64,000 bases of DNA from Elusimicrobiota bacterium. GTDB lineage: Bacteria; Elusimicrobiota; Elusimicrobia; UBA1565; UBA9628. Positions 15,695 to 24,900 of this stretch are shown piece after piece. The notes beneath the pieces are model-generated. The model did not search any database. It was not told where the DNA came from and saw nothing but the letters and a program-made list of their open reading frames with translations. The translations under genes and the position numbers were made by a program. The stretch's first letter is position 1. Every line of letters begins with the position of its first letter. The DNA is taken from assembly GCA_016212795.1 (NCBI GenBank), contig JACRDT010000046.1:7486-71485 (forward strand), written 5' to 3'.

Positions 15695-17761
15695 TTATAC
15701 CTTTTTTTTCCGCTTGACCGCGCCCAGATACTCAAGGAAGGCCCGCGGCCCGGGCTTCCTGCCGAGGAACGCCCGCGCCTGCTCCTCGGGGTCGCGGCCC
15801 GCGCCGGGCTCGAGGACCAGCTCCCGCAGGCTCGGGCCCAGGATGGGGTCCGGGCTCCCGCCCGACTCGAAACGGCTGAACAGGTCCGCGCCCAGGACCT
15901 CGGCCCAGAGGGCCGCGTAGATCCCGACGGCCTGGCCCGCGAGGGGCCTCAGCCCGGCTTGCGGGTGGGTGCCGGGGGTCATAGGGAGGCGGCCGAACTT
16001 GACGGCGAGGCGCTCGTATTCCTCCGTGGTGTCCGTGATGCCCGCCGAATGGTATCGGATGTCCAGCATGGACAGCGCGACCTGGCGCAGCGCCGCGAGG
16101 CCGCTGGGCACGTCCCTGCAGAGGCGCAGCTTTCCCGGGAGTACCACCGCGGTCCCCGGGCGCCCCTGGCGGCGGCGCGTGATGGCTTCGAGCCCCGCGT
16201 CGGTCCAGGCCCAGTGCTCGAACACGACGCCGGCGACGTCCGCGAAGTCCTCCGGCGCGTCGGCCGCGGAGAGCCGCGCGTACTTGGCGCTGCTCAGGCT
16301 CAGGTGCAGGGCCCTGCCGAACTCGCGCAGCAAAGGGCCGAGTTCGCCGGGGGAGAGGAGCCCCGGCCGCGGCTCGATGCTCGCCACGAGCGCCGTGACC
16401 GCGGGCTGGCGCCGCCCGTCGCCGAGCCGCCTCGGGCGGATCAAGGCGTGCGCGAACGCGCCCGGCGGCTTGCCCTCGCGCCTGCCCAGGTCGAGGTAGA
16501 GATAGCCGAGCGCGGGCCTCTCCCGGCCCGCCTCCATCCCGGCATCGGCGACCTCGATGAGCGCGACGCCCGGGTGCCAGGAGGCGGCGGCCGGGACCCG
16601 CCGGAACTCGACCTTGTAGAGACGCCGGGCCAGCTCGAACATCCCGTCGACCACGGCCTCCACGGGGAACTGGGCGGCCAGGGCGTCCTCCTCGATGCCG
16701 CAGCGGGCCCTCTTGACCTGGTCCTCGTAGTAGCGCCAATCCCAGCCATGGATGACGCGATCCGACGCCTCCCGTCCCTCCTCGTCATCCTTGAGCGCCG
16801 CCAAGGCCTTGAGCTCGGCGTCCGCCAGCGACGAGAGCCCGCTTTCCAGGCTATAAAGGAAGCTCGTCACGGCCGACACGCTCCCCAGCATGCGCCCCTC
16901 GAGCACGCACGCGGCGTGGTCGCGGCAGCCGACGAGCTTGGCCGCCGCCTGCCTGAGGTCCAGCATCCTCTCGAGCACGGGGAGGTTGGCCTTGGCGGCC
17001 AGGTTCCCGTGGAGGCTGTCGAGGAGCTGGCGCGCCTCGGGGCGCTTCGCGCGGGCCATGAAGACGGCGAACTGCGCGCGCCCCGCCCCCACGCGCAGGC
17101 TGCCGTCCTCGCGCTGGAGCCCGGCGATGAAACCCGGCGGGAGCCCGGCGAGCTCCGGACTCGAGACGGCGACCGCGTCGTCGGCCTCGGCCCCGGCGAT
17201 GTTCTTCAGGAACGTCCGCTCGAGCCCGGCCAGCTCCTCCCTGATGCCCGCCAGCCGGACCGCGTCCTTGGCCGGCAGCCCCGCCCCGCCCCGCCTGAAA
17301 TCCCTGAGCTGGGCTTCCAGCAAGCGCCGGCTCTCTCCCGCCAGGCGCTCCGTGCGGCCTTCGAACCCCCGGAGCGCGTCGTAGAGGTCGGCGCGGCCGA
17401 ACGTCTCCAGCCGAGCCCTCTCCACCCGGACGCGGCAGGCGCGGCCGGCCTGGCGCACCGAAGTCGATGTCGAGACGAACCGCAGGAACGACGCCCCGGC
17501 CGTCTGCTCCGCCAGGTCGCTCAACGCGGCCTCCACGGCCTCCGGCGTGTTCGACAGCGCCCGCGCCTCGGGCGGGAGGTTCACCACGGCCTGGAGCGCC
17601 GACTCGGCGCGGCCCACGGCCTGCCGGCACGCCTTGGCGAGCTGCTTGGCCGAGAGGCCGAAGTCGAGGGCCAGGTGCGGGGAGAACGGCGCCGCCAGGG
17701 CATGGCCGCACGCCAACGCCTGGGCCGCGACGGCCAGCAGGAGGACGTTCGAGGACGGCAA
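15695..17761 (-). CDS. Exported M3-peptidase-family homolog with both zinc-binding His replaced (REFGR in place of HEXXH)
   Basis: M3/oligopeptidase-like sequence throughout (..GWDWRYYEDQV.., ..YLYLDLGRREGKPPGAF.., ..FEHWAW..). The active-site position reads LLREFGRALH. Signal-like N-terminus (K)RGRPLPSSNVLLLAVAAQALA. The start is non-ATG: TTG 17761, or CTG 17779 overlapping the upstream stop. Confidence 0.75.
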   Translation of the reverse strand: MPSSNVLLLAVAAQALACGHALAAPFSPHLALDFGLSAKQLAKACRQAVGRAESALQAVVNLPPEARALSNTPEAVEAALSDLAEQTAGASFLRFVSTSTSVRQAGRACRVRVERARLETFGRADLYDALRGFEGRTERLAGESRRLLEAQLRDFRRGGAGLPAKDAVRLAGIREELAGLERTFLKNIAGAEADDAVAVSSPELAGLPPGFIAGLQREDGSLRVGAGRAQFAVFMARAKRPEARQLLDSLHGNLAAKANLPVLERMLDLRQAAAKLVGCRDHAACVLEGRMLGSVSAVTSFLYSLESGLSSLADAELKALAALKDDEEGREASDRVIHGWDWRYYEDQVKRARCGIEEDALAAQFPVEAVVDGMFELARRLYKVEFRRVPAAASWHPGVALIEVADAGMEAGRERPALGYLYLDLGRREGKPPGAFAHALIRPRRLGDGRRQPAVTALVASIEPRPGLLSPGELGPLLREFGRALHLSLSSAKYARLSAADAPEDFADVAGVVFEHWAWTDAGLEAITRRRQGRPGTAVVLPGKLRLCRDVPSGLAALRQVALSMLDIRYHSAGITDTTEEYERLAVKFGRLPMTPGTHPQAGLRPLAGQAVGIYAALWAEVLGADLFSRFESGGSPDPILGPSLRELVLEPGAGRDPEEQARAFLGRKPGPRAFLEYLGAVKRKKKV

Positions 17762-17775
17762 GGGCCGACCGCGCT

Positions 17776-19101
17776 TCAGCGCCCGAGGACGCCGGCCGCC
17801 GGCGCGGACGGGGCCGCGCGGTAGGGGTCGTCGGCCAGGCCGATGAGGTAGAGGGCCGGCCGCAGGTTGGCGGCGAATGACGTCGCGATGGCCTGGACGC
17901 CCGGGTAGAAGCCGCCGTCCCACTGCGACTTGGGGCTCAGCTCGATGGTGAAGGAGAAGATGCCGCGGGTGGCCCACGCCCAGTCGGTCGTGTCGCCCGA
18001 GGCGATGTAGAGCTCGCTCGACTGCTGGGCCGTGTAGCCCGTCATCTTGGCCATGGACTCGGCCATGGCCTTGTACGCCGCGTGCGCCTTCCCGTCGGCG
18101 ATCGGGTCGTCCGTGTAGCCCCACGGGTAGAGCACCAGCTCGCTGAAGGTGTGGTAGCTCATCAGGATCTTGATGTTCGGCCGGGCCTCCACGAAAGCCT
18201 TCATCGCCGCGCTCTCGGGCTCGGAGAAAGCCGCCGTGCCGCAGTAGGTCTCGGACCTGGGGTTCGTCGAGGCCCCGCCCTCGCACCAGTGCCAGCCGTA
18301 GTTGCGGTTGAGGTCCACGCCCACCGACTTGTCGGCGTTCGCGCGCATGTTCTTGCGCTGCATGTGGTAGCGGTCGCCCGAAACGTCGTACTCGACGCCG
18401 TCGGGGTTGACCATGGGGATGAAATAGATGTCCCTCGTGGCGAGCAGGGCGGCGATGTCGGGCTTGGAGCGGTTCTCCACCAGATGCTTGGCCAGGAGCA
18501 GGGGGACCTCGTTGGACAGGTGCTCGCGCGCGTGGTGGTTTCCCATGAACACGATGCCCGGCTTGGAGCTGGCGGCCGAACCCCGGCTGACGGCGTTGAG
18601 GCGCAGGGCCAGGATGTCACGGCCGAGCAGGCTCTTGCCGACCGGGAAGACCGAGGCGAGCGACGGCGCGGCCTTCGCCAGGGCCCGGAGCGCCTCCTCG
18701 GTCTCCGAGTAGTTGTGGAACGCGGCGTCCTCCTTGGGGAAGTCCTTCGCGGCGAAGCGCTCGAGCAGCCCGACGGCGCTCACGACCTCCAGCCCGCGGG
18801 CCGCCAGGGCCGACACGGCCTCCGGCTGGGCGACGCCCATGATCCGGTCGCCCCGGACCTCCTCGATGGCCATCCCGGCCTCGAGCGCGGCCGTCCGGGC
18901 CTTCTTGTCCGCGGCCCGCAGCTCGACCCACAGCCTGGCATCCCCGTCGGACTCGACGGCCTCGACTTGCTCCACCGGGAGGCTCTTGAAATCGAGGTCG
19001 TGGCGCAGGCCGTCGCCGTCGAACCGGCCGTCGGGTGACGCCCACCCGCGGCCCGCGACGAGTAGCATGAAGAGGACGAGAATCTCGGCGAAGAATCTCA
19101 T
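17776..19101 (-). CDS. Exported M14-family zinc carboxypeptidase
   Basis: HxxE zinc motif (NHHAREHLSNE), second His (SYHTFSELVLYPWGY) and catalytic Glu context (FSFTIELSP). Start moved to the ATG at 19101 (MRFFAEILVLFMLLVAGRGWA) with a GGGAGG SD. Confidence 0.85.
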   Translation of the reverse strand: MRFFAEILVLFMLLVAGRGWASPDGRFDGDGLRHDLDFKSLPVEQVEAVESDGDARLWVELRAADKKARTAALEAGMAIEEVRGDRIMGVAQPEAVSALAARGLEVVSAVGLLERFAAKDFPKEDAAFHNYSETEEALRALAKAAPSLASVFPVGKSLLGRDILALRLNAVSRGSAASSKPGIVFMGNHHAREHLSNEVPLLLAKHLVENRSKPDIAALLATRDIYFIPMVNPDGVEYDVSGDRYHMQRKNMRANADKSVGVDLNRNYGWHWCEGGASTNPRSETYCGTAAFSEPESAAMKAFVEARPNIKILMSYHTFSELVLYPWGYTDDPIADGKAHAAYKAMAESMAKMTGYTAQQSSELYIASGDTTDWAWATRGIFSFTIELSPKSQWDGGFYPGVQAIATSFAANLRPALYLIGLADDPYRAAPSAPAAGVLGR

Positions 19102-19125
19102 AGCGCCTCCCTGGGGCTGGGAGGC

Positions 19126-19154
19126 ATTATAGACCATACCCCCGCAGGCGTCAA
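19126..19154 (-). promoter_or_regulatory. Near-consensus sigma70 promoter for the M14 carboxypeptidase gene
   Basis: The minus strand reads TTGACG (19154-19149), a 17-nt spacer, then TATAAT (19131-19126), 24 nt upstream of the ATG at 19101. Confidence 0.5.
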
Positions 19155-19157
19155 GCG

Positions 19158-19196
19158 AAAAAGGGACTTTGGGCCCAGACGCGCCTGGGCCCAAAG
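19158..19196 (-). terminator. Rho-independent terminator after the PrcB_C-like gene
   Basis: Perfect 12-bp stem CTTTGGGCCCAG / CTGGGCCCAAAG (19167-19178 / 19185-19196) with a 6-nt loop. On the minus strand it is followed by TCCCTTTTTCG. Confidence 0.7.
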
Positions 19197-19198
19197 GC

Positions 19199-20125
19199 CT
19201 ACTTGCCTTTCGTCTCCCTTACGAACCTGACCGGAAGGTCGCTGCGCGGGATGATCTGCATGGCGTACGGGGAGGTCGGCGTCTGCGGCGCAGACACGCC
19301 GGCCGCCGGCTCGACGACCCGGTAGCGCACCACGATGGAGGTCTCGGTCGGCCCGACGTCGACGACCTCGACGTCGTAGCCCGCCGTGGGCTGGTGCCCC
19401 AGGAAGACGGCCACGACCTCGTAGCGCTTGAAATCGACGCCCGGGATCGGCTCCTGCGACAGGCGGGTCCAGGCCTTGCGCCACTCCTCGGCGCTCATGA
19501 TGGTCATCGTGCCGTCCTCGTTGGCCCCGCCGTACTGCCCGCGCCAAGCCACCTGCGCCGGGCCGTCGGCCAGGGGGGCGGACTCCTTCGGAGGGGAGGC
19601 CAGCAGCTTGGCGGTCCGGCCCGAGATGGGCACGGCCCGGCGCGACCGGGCCTCCATCGACTCCCGGATGAGCTCCAGCTGCCTGATGTACTCGGCCATG
19701 TAGGCGCGGCGGGCGTTCATCGACATCCCCGGCGCCGCCTCCGGCGACGAGACGGGCTCGGACGCGTAGGACCCGTAGTACGGGAGGTCCTGGCGGCCGC
19801 CGGACGGCTGAGGCTCCGGGCCGCCGAGCCCCGGGCCGGCCGGCGCGGGCTTCGCTGTCCCCTCGGGCTTGACGCCCGCCGGCACGGACGAGCCGTCTTC
19901 CAGCGGAAGCGTCTGGCGCGTCCCCCCCAGCGGTGCGCCGGACGGGTCCGCGTCGGAGCGCTGCGCAGCGGGAGCAGGGGGGCTGGCCGCGGGGCGAAGC
20001 AGGCGGCCGGCCGCGAGCATCAACGCCAGACCGGCCAGCGCCGAGACCAGCCCGATGCCCGCCCGGCGGTAGGCCGGGTCGTTCCACAGGGCCGTCAGGC
20101 CCTTGCCGTTTCGCGGTTGGTCCAT
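19199..20125 (-). CDS. Membrane-anchored protein with a C-terminal PrcB_C-like domain
   Basis: N-terminal TM GIGLVSALAGLALMLAAG and a Pro/Ala/Gly-rich linker. The C-terminus EEWRKAWTRL..PGVDFKRYEVVAVFLGHQPTAGYDVEVVDV...SPYAMQIIPRSDLPVRFV resembles the PrcB C-terminal domain pattern (from memory). Confidence 0.55.
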   Translation of the reverse strand: MDQPRNGKGLTALWNDPAYRRAGIGLVSALAGLALMLAAGRLLRPAASPPAPAAQRSDADPSGAPLGGTRQTLPLEDGSSVPAGVKPEGTAKPAPAGPGLGGPEPQPSGGRQDLPYYGSYASEPVSSPEAAPGMSMNARRAYMAEYIRQLELIRESMEARSRRAVPISGRTAKLLASPPKESAPLADGPAQVAWRGQYGGANEDGTMTIMSAEEWRKAWTRLSQEPIPGVDFKRYEVVAVFLGHQPTAGYDVEVVDVGPTETSIVVRYRVVEPAAGVSAPQTPTSPYAMQIIPRSDLPVRFVRETKGK

Positions 20126-20135
20126 GGCCCGCGGC

Positions 20136-20642
20136 CTACGCCGCGAATTTCCTGGCGAGTTCCCGGGCCACGAAAGGCGTGACGAACTCGTCGACCGAAG
20201 CGCCCAGCCTCGCGACCTCTTTGACCATGGAAGAGGAGAGGTACGCGTACTTCTCGTCCGGCATGAGGAAGACGGTCTCCACGGCGCTCCACAGCCGCCT
20301 GTTCATCGCGGCGAGCTGGAATTCGTAGTCCATGTCCGAGACGACGCGCAGCCCGCGGATGAGGACCTTGCCTTTCCTGGCCTTGATGTAGTCGACGAGA
20401 AGCCCCGAATAGGTGTCGGCCTGCGCGTTCGGGATGCGCCGGATGGCATCCTCGGCCATCCTGAGCCTCTCGGACACGCTGAAGGTGTGCTTCTTGGCCG
20501 GGTTGTGGGCCACGGCCACGATCACGGCGTCGAAGATGCGGCTGGTGCGCTGGATGATGTCGAGGTGCCCCCGGGTCAGCGGGTCGAAGCTGCCCGGGTA
20601 GATGGCCAGCCCGCGGCCTCCCGACGACGGCCTGTTGCCCAT
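20136..20642 (-). CDS. coaD: Phosphopantetheine adenylyltransferase
   Basis: 168 aa with AIYPGSFDPLTRGHLDII (T/HxGH nucleotidyltransferase motif) and co-linear CoaD similarity. Confidence 0.9.
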   Translation of the reverse strand: MGNRPSSGGRGLAIYPGSFDPLTRGHLDIIQRTSRIFDAVIVAVAHNPAKKHTFSVSERLRMAEDAIRRIPNAQADTYSGLLVDYIKARKGKVLIRGLRVVSDMDYEFQLAAMNRRLWSAVETVFLMPDEKYAYLSSSMVKEVARLGASVDEFVTPFVARELARKFAA

Positions 20643-20659
20643 GTCCCTAATCTACAATA

Positions 20660-21949
20660 TTAACGCGCCCAGAGGGCGTCCAACGCGTCGCGGATCCGGT
20701 CGATCGCCTCGCGGGGGCGAGGGCGGCCCTTCGTCCCCGCGAACCGGGAATCCTTCTCCACGCCGGCCAGGAGCTTCTCCAGCTCGGGGATGGCCTGCTT
20801 GGCGCCGATGGCGGCCAGGCCCGAGGCGGCCTCGCCCACCACCCCGGGGTCCTCCTTCCCCAGGAATTTGACGAAGACGCCGGCGCTCGCCGGGTCGTTG
20901 ACCATGGCCAGGAGCTGGAGGACCATGGTCTGGCCGACCGGCCCCGGCTCGGCTTCGAGCTCCCAGGCCAGCTGCGGCGAGACCGTCTCCTTCATGGCCG
21001 AGAGGTCCTTGTCCTTGAGCAGGAGGGCCTTGTAGACGAGCTTGCGGCCGCGGGAGCCGACGGGGTAGTGCTTGAAGAGCCGCAGGAGCACGCGCGTCGA
21101 CACCGGCGACCTGGCCCTGGCCAGGGCGAGGATGGCGAAGTTCGCGTTCTGCCAGTCGTGCTCCGTGGGCGCGACGCCGAAGCTCTTGATCCAGTGCTCC
21201 AGGGGCCCGGCGTCGTCGCACCCGTAGACCGACGCGTGCGCCAGCACCTCGCGCAAAGCCGGCGGCGGCAGAGCCTTGTCCTCCAGGCTCGCGCAGAACT
21301 CCCGGCGGACCTCCTCCTGGCCGATGCACTGGGGCGGGCCGCCCTGCTCGGAGGCGGCCTGGCAGACGCCCTTCATCAGGAGCATGTAGGACGCCGCGGT
21401 CGAGCGCAGCTCCCCTGGCGCCCCGGCGTCGTTGAGGACGGCCTTGAGCGGCATGAAGACCGAGTAGTCCTTGATCGCGGCCGCGAACGAGAGCGCCCAG
21501 AGCCTGCTCTTCAACGGCTTGTCCGGGTCCATGGCCACGGCGGCCAGGCACGGGACCGCGGCCTTGCCCTGCGCGGCGACGGGGTGCCGGTACTCCTGGA
21601 TGCGCTTGTCGAGGCTCGACACGGTGCGCACGTCCCGCTTGTCAGATTCCAGCACGAGGCGGTCGATCCGGAGGAAGATCCTGTTGACGTTGTCGCACGC
21701 CGTCCTGCCCGGCGGCAGGTCCCGCTCGTCGAGGGTCCCCTTCTTCGGGGCCGGCGGCACCGTGAGGGAGGCGGGCGAGGGCTTCAAGCCCCCGGCCTGG
21801 GCCGCGGTCGCGGCGGCCGCGGGACTGGCGGCGGCCTTGCGCTTGGGGTTCTTCGGCCGCTTGTAGCGGTGCCACTCCGTGGGCGCCTCCGCAGCGATGA
21901 AGCCCGCGCAGAGCAGCAGCGTTGCCAGTCTCGCCGCGGTCGACGCCAA
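20660..21949 (-). CDS. Exported HEAT/armadillo-like repeat protein
   Basis: 429 aa with signal-like MASTAARLATLLLCAGFIAAEA and repeated helical-pair segments. The TTG start follows a GGAGG located in the last metH codons. Confidence 0.55.
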   Translation of the reverse strand: MASTAARLATLLLCAGFIAAEAPTEWHRYKRPKNPKRKAAASPAAAATAAQAGGLKPSPASLTVPPAPKKGTLDERDLPPGRTACDNVNRIFLRIDRLVLESDKRDVRTVSSLDKRIQEYRHPVAAQGKAAVPCLAAVAMDPDKPLKSRLWALSFAAAIKDYSVFMPLKAVLNDAGAPGELRSTAASYMLLMKGVCQAASEQGGPPQCIGQEEVRREFCASLEDKALPPPALREVLAHASVYGCDDAGPLEHWIKSFGVAPTEHDWQNANFAILALARARSPVSTRVLLRLFKHYPVGSRGRKLVYKALLLKDKDLSAMKETVSPQLAWELEAEPGPVGQTMVLQLLAMVNDPASAGVFVKFLGKEDPGVVGEAASGLAAIGAKQAIPELEKLLAGVEKDSRFAGTKGRPRPREAIDRIRDALDALWAR

Positions 21950-24900
21950 TCAGCCTCCGACCGCCGACGTCTCCTGCGGCCCGGCCGAGAAGTACCTCGC
22001 CTGGGGATGGTGGAACACCAGGGCCGAGACGCTCGCCTCGGGCTCCATCATGCACCCCTCGGTGAGGGCGATGCCCGCGTGCTTGGCCGGGTCGATGAGC
22101 CTGAAGAGCTTGCGCTGGTCTTCCAGCTCGGGGCAGGCCGGGTAGCCGAAGCTCACCCGCTTGCCGCGGTACTTGGCCTGGAACTTCTCGCGCAGAGTCA
22201 TGCCGGCGGGGTCCGGGAAGCCCCACTGGGCGCGCAGCCGCTCGTGCAGGAGCTCGGCGAAGGCCTCGGCGCTCTCGATGGCCACGGCCTGCAGGGCGTG
22301 GGACATGAGGTAGTCGCCGGCGGCGCGCCATTGCTCGGCCAGGGCCGCGACGCCGTGCCCGCAGGAGACGGCGAACAGCGCGAGGCAGTCCATCGCGCCG
22401 GAGGACTTGGGCGACACCCAGTCGGCGATGCAGAGCTTCTCCCCGAAGGCCTGCCGCGGGAAGGAGAAGGTCTCGACGGCCTTGCCGCCGGACGCCGAGT
22501 CGTAGAGCACGACGGCGTCTCCCTCGGACTGGGCGGCGAAGAAGCGGTACACCCCGCGAGGACGGATGAGGCCCTTCGAGATGATGTCGGCCTGGAGCTG
22601 CTTGACCTTCCGCTGGAGCTCCGCGGCCCTGGGCTCGCCCTCCTGCAGCGACTTCTCGACGTTCTTGAGGCCCAGGTGCTTGCCGTAGAGCATGATCGGG
22701 TTGATGTACGGGAAGACCTGCCCGATCTCGACGTCGCTGACGGCGTGGAGGGCCAGGTCCGGCGGCGCCGGGATCGCGGGGGCGGGCTGGCGCGGCGCGG
22801 CCTGGGACGCGGCGGGCGCCGCGGGCGCGGGATCGGCCGAGGGGCCCGGGGCCGCGGCCCCGGGGGACGCGTCAACCGGCGGCCCGGCCGGCCGGGCCTC
22901 GGGGGCCGACGGCGCCTTGCCGGGACCGCTGGCCCCGGGGTCGACCAGTACGTTCATGAGTTCGAGCCCCTTCATCGCGTCCCTGGCGTAGAGCACCTGG
23001 CCCTTGTACTGCGGGGCGATCTTGCTCGAGGTGAACTTCGCCGACAGCGCGGCGCCCCCCACGATGAAGGGGATCGTGATGCCGGCGTGGGCGAGGTCCT
23101 GGGCCGTGACCGCCATCTGCTCGGCCGACTTCACCAGGAGCCCCGAGAGGCCGACCGCGTCCGGCTTGTTCTTCTTGATCGCGTCGATGATGGCGTCCGG
23201 CGCCACCTTGATGCCCAGGTCGATGACCTGGAAGCCGTTGTTCTTGAGGATGATGTGGACCAGGTTCTTGCCGATCTCGTGGACGTCGCCCTTGACCGTG
23301 GCCAGCACGAGCTTGCCCCGGGAGACGGCCCCGCCGGCGCCCATGTGCGGCTCGAGGTACTCGACGGCCGCCTTCATGACCTCGGCGGACTGCAGCACCT
23401 CCGCCACGATGAGCTCGTTGGCCGCGAAGAGCCGCCCCACCTCGGCCATGCCCTTCATCAGCGGCCCGTTGACGATCTTCAGGGCCGGGAGCGTCGTCAG
23501 CAGCGCCGCGAGCGCCTCCACGAGCCCGTCCTTGGAGCCCTCCAGCACGCAGCGCGCGACGCGCTCCTCCGGGGGCAGGTCTGCCCGGGACTCCAACGGC
23601 GCGCCGGCGGCCGGCGCGGCCTTGAACCGGGCGGCGAACTCGGCCAGGGGGTCGGCGCCGGTCGGCAGGGCGGGGTCGCCCGGCCCCTTCCAGAAGAGCA
23701 GGCCCTCGGCCAGCTTCCTGTCGGCCTCGGGGACGGCGGCGTAGCGGGCGAGCTTCTCCGTGTTGACGATGGCCAGGTCCAGGCCGGCCTGCACGCAGTG
23801 GTAGAGGAAGACCGCGTTGAGCACCTCGCGGCCGGCCGGCGGCAGGCCGAAGGACACGTTCGAGACGCCGAGGATGGTCTTCGACCGGGGCAGGGCCTTC
23901 TTGATGAGCCGGACGCCCTCGATGGTCTCGCGGGCGGTCCCCCAGTAGTTCTTGTCGCCCGACGCGGCCGGGAAGACCAGGGCGTCGAAATAGAGGTCCT
24001 CCGGCGCGAAGCCGTGCTTCTTGGTCAGGAGCTCGAAGGCTCGCGCGGCGACGGCGAGCTTGCGCTCGCGCGTCAGGGCCATGCCCGCGGCCTTGTCCTC
24101 GTCGATGAGGCCGACCACCAGCGCGGCGCCGTGGACGCGGGCGATGGCCGCGACCCGGCCGAGCTTCTCCTCGCCGTCCTCGAGGTTGACCGAGTTGACC
24201 AGGGATTTGCCGGGGCAGAGCGCGAGCCCCGCCTCCACGACGGCCGGGTCGGTCGCGTCGATCATGATGGGGGAGCGCACCTTCCTGACGAGCTGCCCCA
24301 GGAAGGCCGCCATGTCGGCCTTCTCGTCGCGCTCCGGGTTCGACAGGCACACGTCGAGCACCTGCGCGCCCGCCTTGACCTGCCGGCGGCCGACCTCGGA
24401 GGCCTCCTCGTAGGCGCCCTTGGCGATGAGCTCCCTGAAGGCCTTGGAGCCCAGCGCGTTGGCGCGCTCACCGACCAGGACCGGGCGGTTGCCCTCCTCG
24501 ACGGTCAGGGCCTCGAGGCCGGCGACCATGGAGGGGCGCCTGCGGCTCGCCTGCCTCGGGGGCACGCCCGCCGTCATGGCCGCGACGAGGCGGATGTGGG
24601 CCGGGGTCGTGCCGCAGCAGCCGCCCACGATGTTGACCCACCCTTGGGAGCAGAAGCGCTCCACCATCTTGGCCATGGCCGCCGGGGTGTCGCCGTAGCG
24701 GCCGTTCTCGTCGGGCATCCCCGCGTTCGGGTAGCAGATGACCGGGAAGCGCGACAGGGCCGCCAGGGTGCGCAGGTGGTCGGCCATGGCATCGGCGCCC
24801 GTGGCGCAGTTCATGCCGAGCGCGAAGAGCTCGCGGTGGGCGAGGGAGGCGTAGAGGGCCTCGACGGTCTGCCCGGCCAGCATCGTGCCCGAGGGCTCGA

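Noticed and set aside
15701-15709. A8/T8 run at the 3' end of the M3-like gene as a slippery or frameshift site
   Set aside because: It simply encodes the terminal KKK of ..KRKKKV. It lies 2 codons from the stop, and no extended alternative frame follows.
15683-17824. 713-aa + strand ORF, and the N-terminal extension of the minus ORF up to 18286
   Set aside because: The + ORF is antisense to the M3-like gene. The minus-strand extension beyond 17779 overlaps the M14 carboxypeptidase gene in another frame and is Arg/Gly-rich, so the M3-like gene was trimmed to a start just after the M14 stop.
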